Shown piece by piece: positions 30,348 to 32,609 of a stretch of 32,609 nucleotides of DNA. The stretch spans positions 1 to 32,609 of the forward strand of contig JBHENF010000071.1 of the NCBI GenBank assembly GCA_046262175.1, given 5' to 3'. The notes beneath the pieces are model-generated. The model was not told where the DNA came from and did no database searches. It saw only the letters and a program-made list of their open reading frames with translations. The stretch comes from Mycobacteriales bacterium. Its GTDB lineage: Bacteria; Actinomycetota; Actinomycetes; Mycobacteriales; SCTD01. Numbering within the stretch: the first letter of the stretch is position 1; every line of letters begins with the position of its first letter. A program made the position numbers and the translations under genes.

Positions 30348-32090
30348 ATGCGCCCTTATCGTCCGGCCGTGCAGGACCGTCGGTACCTCGCGTCGGCAGG
30401 GGCCAGCGCCGTGGCCGCTGCCGCTCTGTCCGCGTGCATCCTGCTCGTCAACGGCGTCCCACTCGGCCCGGACCTGTGGCTCCAGCAGCTCGCAGGCCGG
30501 CCCGCGGTCTGGCCGGGCCTCGTCGCCGAGCTCGGCAGCGGAGCCGTGCTGTACCCCGTGCTGCTGGCCATCGCCCTGTGGCGCCGGACGCTGCGCGCCG
30601 CGCTCCTGCCGGTGCTTCTCGCGCTGGCGCAGGTCGTCGAGGTCGTGGTCCTCAGCGCGCTACCGCGCTCCGGCCCGGATCTGGCCTGGGCGGGCCTGTC
30701 CTCCGGGCGTACCGCCTCCGCGGTCGTCGGCGCCGGCCTGATCGCGTGGGCGGCGGACCCTCGGGCCCGGGCGCTGCTCGTAGGACCTCTGCTGGGGGCC
30801 GCGGTCGGATGGTCGAGGGTGGCTGCCGGGGCGCACTGGGCGAGCGACGCCCTTCTCGGTCTGCTGGTCGGTGGCGCGCTGCTGTCGGTCGCGGTGGCGG
30901 TCGCCGGAGCTGTCCCGGACCGTTCGCTCCAGCTGCCGGTTGTGAGAGCGGGGAGATGGTCATCCGCCTGGTTGTGGCTGCTCCCTGCCGGCGCGTCACT
31001 CGTCCCGCTGCTGTCTTTCACGTCGGAGCGTTCGGGCCACCTGCTGATCGACCTCCAGGTGTACGTCGGCAGCGCCGGTGCTGTCGACGGCGGTCAGGAC
31101 CTGTACGCGTACCGCACGCCGCAGGGCCTGCCGTTCACGTACCCGCCGTTCGCGGCGCTGCTCGCGGAGCCGCTGGCGAGGATGCCCCTGCCCGTGGTGC
31201 GGGTGCTCTGGACGGCTGCCAGTCTGCTCGGCGTCATCGGTGTCGCGCGGACCGCCATGCGCCCGGTGGTCGCCCGTCTCGGCCTGCCGATCACGGTGAC
31301 GCTGCTGCTGCTGTCCACGCCCGTCCGCTCGCACCTCCGGTTCGGCCAGGTCGGGCTTTTCCTCGTCCTGCTGGTCAGCTGGGACCTGCTGACGACCACC
31401 CGCCGACAGGGCGCAGGCGTGGGCCTCGCGGCCGCCATCAAGCTCACGCCCGCCATCTACCTGCTGTGGCTGCTGGCCTGCCGCCAGTGGAGCCGGGCGA
31501 AGGCGGCGCTGGCGTGGGCGACCGCCGCCACCGCCGGCGGGCTGCTCGTCCTCTGGCCGAGCTCGCCCAGCTGGTTGAGGGACGCGTTGTGGGACGCCGA
31601 CCGGTTCGGCCCGAACGGCATCCCGGGCAACCAGTCGGTCCGCGGCATGCTGCTGCGCACGCCGCTGTCCGACGCCGCGGCGGCGACGCTCTGGCTGGTG
31701 TGCGCACTCGTGCTGCTCGCCGCCGGCGTGGCCGGTGCCCGACGGCTGGAACATGCCGGCCGGCGGCTGGCAGCGGTCGGCGTCCTCGCCGCGACATCCG
31801 TCGCCGTGTCGCCGATCTCGTGGCAGCACCACCTCGTGTGGCTGGCGCTGCCGCTCGCCGCGCTGGTCGAGGGCCGGCAGAACCGGCTGGCAGCCGCCTG
31901 GGCAGCAGTCCTGATCGCACCCACGACAACCCTGGCGCTGCACGTCTCCACACCCGTTCTCGGACCCGCGCTCGTGGACACGTGTGGCCTCACAGCAGTG
32001 GCCGCGGTGCTGCTGCTCCCACGCCTGCTGCTGCCGCGGCCCACCTCCCTGGACGGCGGTCGCGAGCGGCGCGGACGCTCGGCTGCGTGA
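30348..32090 (+). CDS. Polytopic membrane protein: N-terminal PAP2-like domain fused to GT87/DUF2029-type (PimE-like, GT-C) glycosyltransferase
   Basis: Start ATG 30348 (alternative GTG 30369). The N-terminal ~190 aa carry the PAP2 C3 motif SRVAAGAHWASD (SRx5Hx3D), but C2 reads SSGRTAS (PSGH with His->Arg) and I see no clear KX6RP. The C-terminal part has the GT87 hallmark DLQVYVGSAGAVDGGQDLYAY...FTYPPFAALL and many TM segments. The upstream 171 codons of the track ORF are antisense to ilvB. Confidence 0.8.
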   Translation: MRPYRPAVQDRRYLASAGASAVAAAALSACILLVNGVPLGPDLWLQQLAGRPAVWPGLVAELGSGAVLYPVLLAIALWRRTLRAALLPVLLALAQVVEVVVLSALPRSGPDLAWAGLSSGRTASAVVGAGLIAWAADPRARALLVGPLLGAAVGWSRVAAGAHWASDALLGLLVGGALLSVAVAVAGAVPDRSLQLPVVRAGRWSSAWLWLLPAGASLVPLLSFTSERSGHLLIDLQVYVGSAGAVDGGQDLYAYRTPQGLPFTYPPFAALLAEPLARMPLPVVRVLWTAASLLGVIGVARTAMRPVVARLGLPITVTLLLLSTPVRSHLRFGQVGLFLVLLVSWDLLTTTRRQGAGVGLAAAIKLTPAIYLLWLLACRQWSRAKAALAWATAATAGGLLVLWPSSPSWLRDALWDADRFGPNGIPGNQSVRGMLLRTPLSDAAAATLWLVCALVLLAAGVAGARRLEHAGRRLAAVGVLAATSVAVSPISWQHHLVWLALPLAALVEGRQNRLAAAWAAVLIAPTTTLALHVSTPVLGPALVDTCGLTAVAAVLLLPRLLLPRPTSLDGGRERRGRSAA

Positions 32091-32494
32091 CCGATACGCA
32101 CCCGTGGCCGCCGGAGCAGGGGGCGACGATCCAGCGGCTTGCCTTCCTCGCCGCCCAGCCCGCGTTGCGACGACTGGCGCGACCGTGGTGGCTGGCCCTG
32201 CTGCGGGGCGCGGAGGTCTACGGCGGCCCCTACAGCGGGCGCAGCGCGATGACGCAGGCTGCCCGAGACGCAGAGAGGACCTCGTCGACGCGGTTTGGGC
32301 CGCCGACGATGGCCAGCGAGATCCGCTCGGGGCGGATGGCCTCCTACGCGTTCGCGTGCGACCGCGTCGCGGAGAAGTTGTCCGTCGACGAGCGGCAGGC
32401 GCTGCGGGAGAGCGGCTCGCTGCCCGACTGGTTCCTCCCGGAGGTTCAGCGGGCTGCTGAACGCATCCGCAAGGTCGGGGCGAGCGCGAGGTAG
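32087..32494 (+). CDS. Hypothetical protein (135 aa), possibly translationally coupled to the GT87 fusion gene
   Basis: GTG 32087 overlaps the upstream TGA (GTGA 32087-32090). The C-terminal half looks protein-like (ASYAFACDRVAEKLSVDERQALRESGSLPDWFLPEVQRAAERIRK). ATG ~32249 is an alternative start. The competing minus-strand ORF 31457..32575 is low-complexity R/P/A/S. No family recognised. Confidence 0.4.
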   Translation: MTDTHPWPPEQGATIQRLAFLAAQPALRRLARPWWLALLRGAEVYGGPYSGRSAMTQAARDAERTSSTRFGPPTMASEIRSGRMASYAFACDRVAEKLSVDERQALRESGSLPDWFLPEVQRAAERIRKVGASAR

Positions 32495-32513
32495 CCCTAC
32501 CGTTCCCGCCGGC

Positions 32514-32609
32514 TCAGCCGGTGATGGCGCCCTGGGCGGCCGAGCCGACCAGCTTGGCGTACTTGCCGAGGACACCGGTCGTGTAGCGCGGCGCGAGGGG
32601 CTTCCATCC
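32514..32609 (-). CDS. ilvD: Dihydroxy-acid dehydratase, C-terminal 31 codons (5' part off the window)
   Basis: Not in the track. Minus-strand translation: [31 protein letters not shown]-stop (TGA 32516-32514). This matches the conserved IlvD C-terminus (...RYT.GVL.KYAKLV.SA..GAVT). Confidence 0.75.
   Translation of the reverse strand, partial: GWKPLAPRYTTGVLGKYAKLVGSAAQGAITG

Noticed and set aside
31457-32575. 372-aa minus-strand ORF overlapping the end of the GT87 gene and the 32087..32494 ORF
   Set aside because: The composition is low-complexity (R/P/A/S runs) with no recognisable motif. It would also overlap the ilvD 3' end. The plus-strand alternatives look more protein-like, although 32087..32494 itself remains low-confidence.

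Overview
Very GC-rich, Actinomycetota-type chromosomal segment; I did not compute GC content. It carries the conserved branched-chain amino acid / serine 'supercluster', almost all on the minus strand: ilvD (3' end) | ilvB-ilvN-ilvC | serA-alpha/beta hydrolase | amidase | leuA-leuB-ilvE | CBS-esterase-esterase-ATP-grasp-GGDEF/EAL | cimA-FAH-gltX-tRNA-Gln-tRNA-Glu | ndgR<>leuC-leuD-small ORF-hup. Plus-strand exceptions are an IclR regulator, an HNH endonuclease, a secreted metalloprotease-like repeat protein and a PAP2-like/GT87 membrane fusion. Six gene junctions use 4-nt ATGA/GTGA stop/start overlaps. I found three short leader ORFs enriched in the cognate amino acid, each followed by a hairpin. 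RLVVV precedes ilvB and is convincing (U-tract terminator). RLLL precedes leuA and is plausible. AII precedes cimA and is a candidate that I do not know to be described. The best candidates for an uncharacterised system are: (1) the tight cytoplasmic block CBS - two PF00756-type esterases - ATP-grasp ligase - GAF/PAS/GGDEF/EAL embedded in the BCAA genes; (2) a secreted HExxH protein with three tandem ~120-aa 'DTR...GW[YF]' repeats; (3) a degenerate PAP2-like domain fused to a GT87/DUF2029 glycosyltransferase with a coupled downstream ORF; (4) a variable insert (Ig-like secreted protein + HNH endonuclease) beside the tRNA pair. I saw no CRISPR array, IS element, integrase or rRNA. Most long ORFs in the six-frame track are antisense or alternate-frame artefacts of high GC. 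All family assignments come from motif recognition by eye, not database searches.
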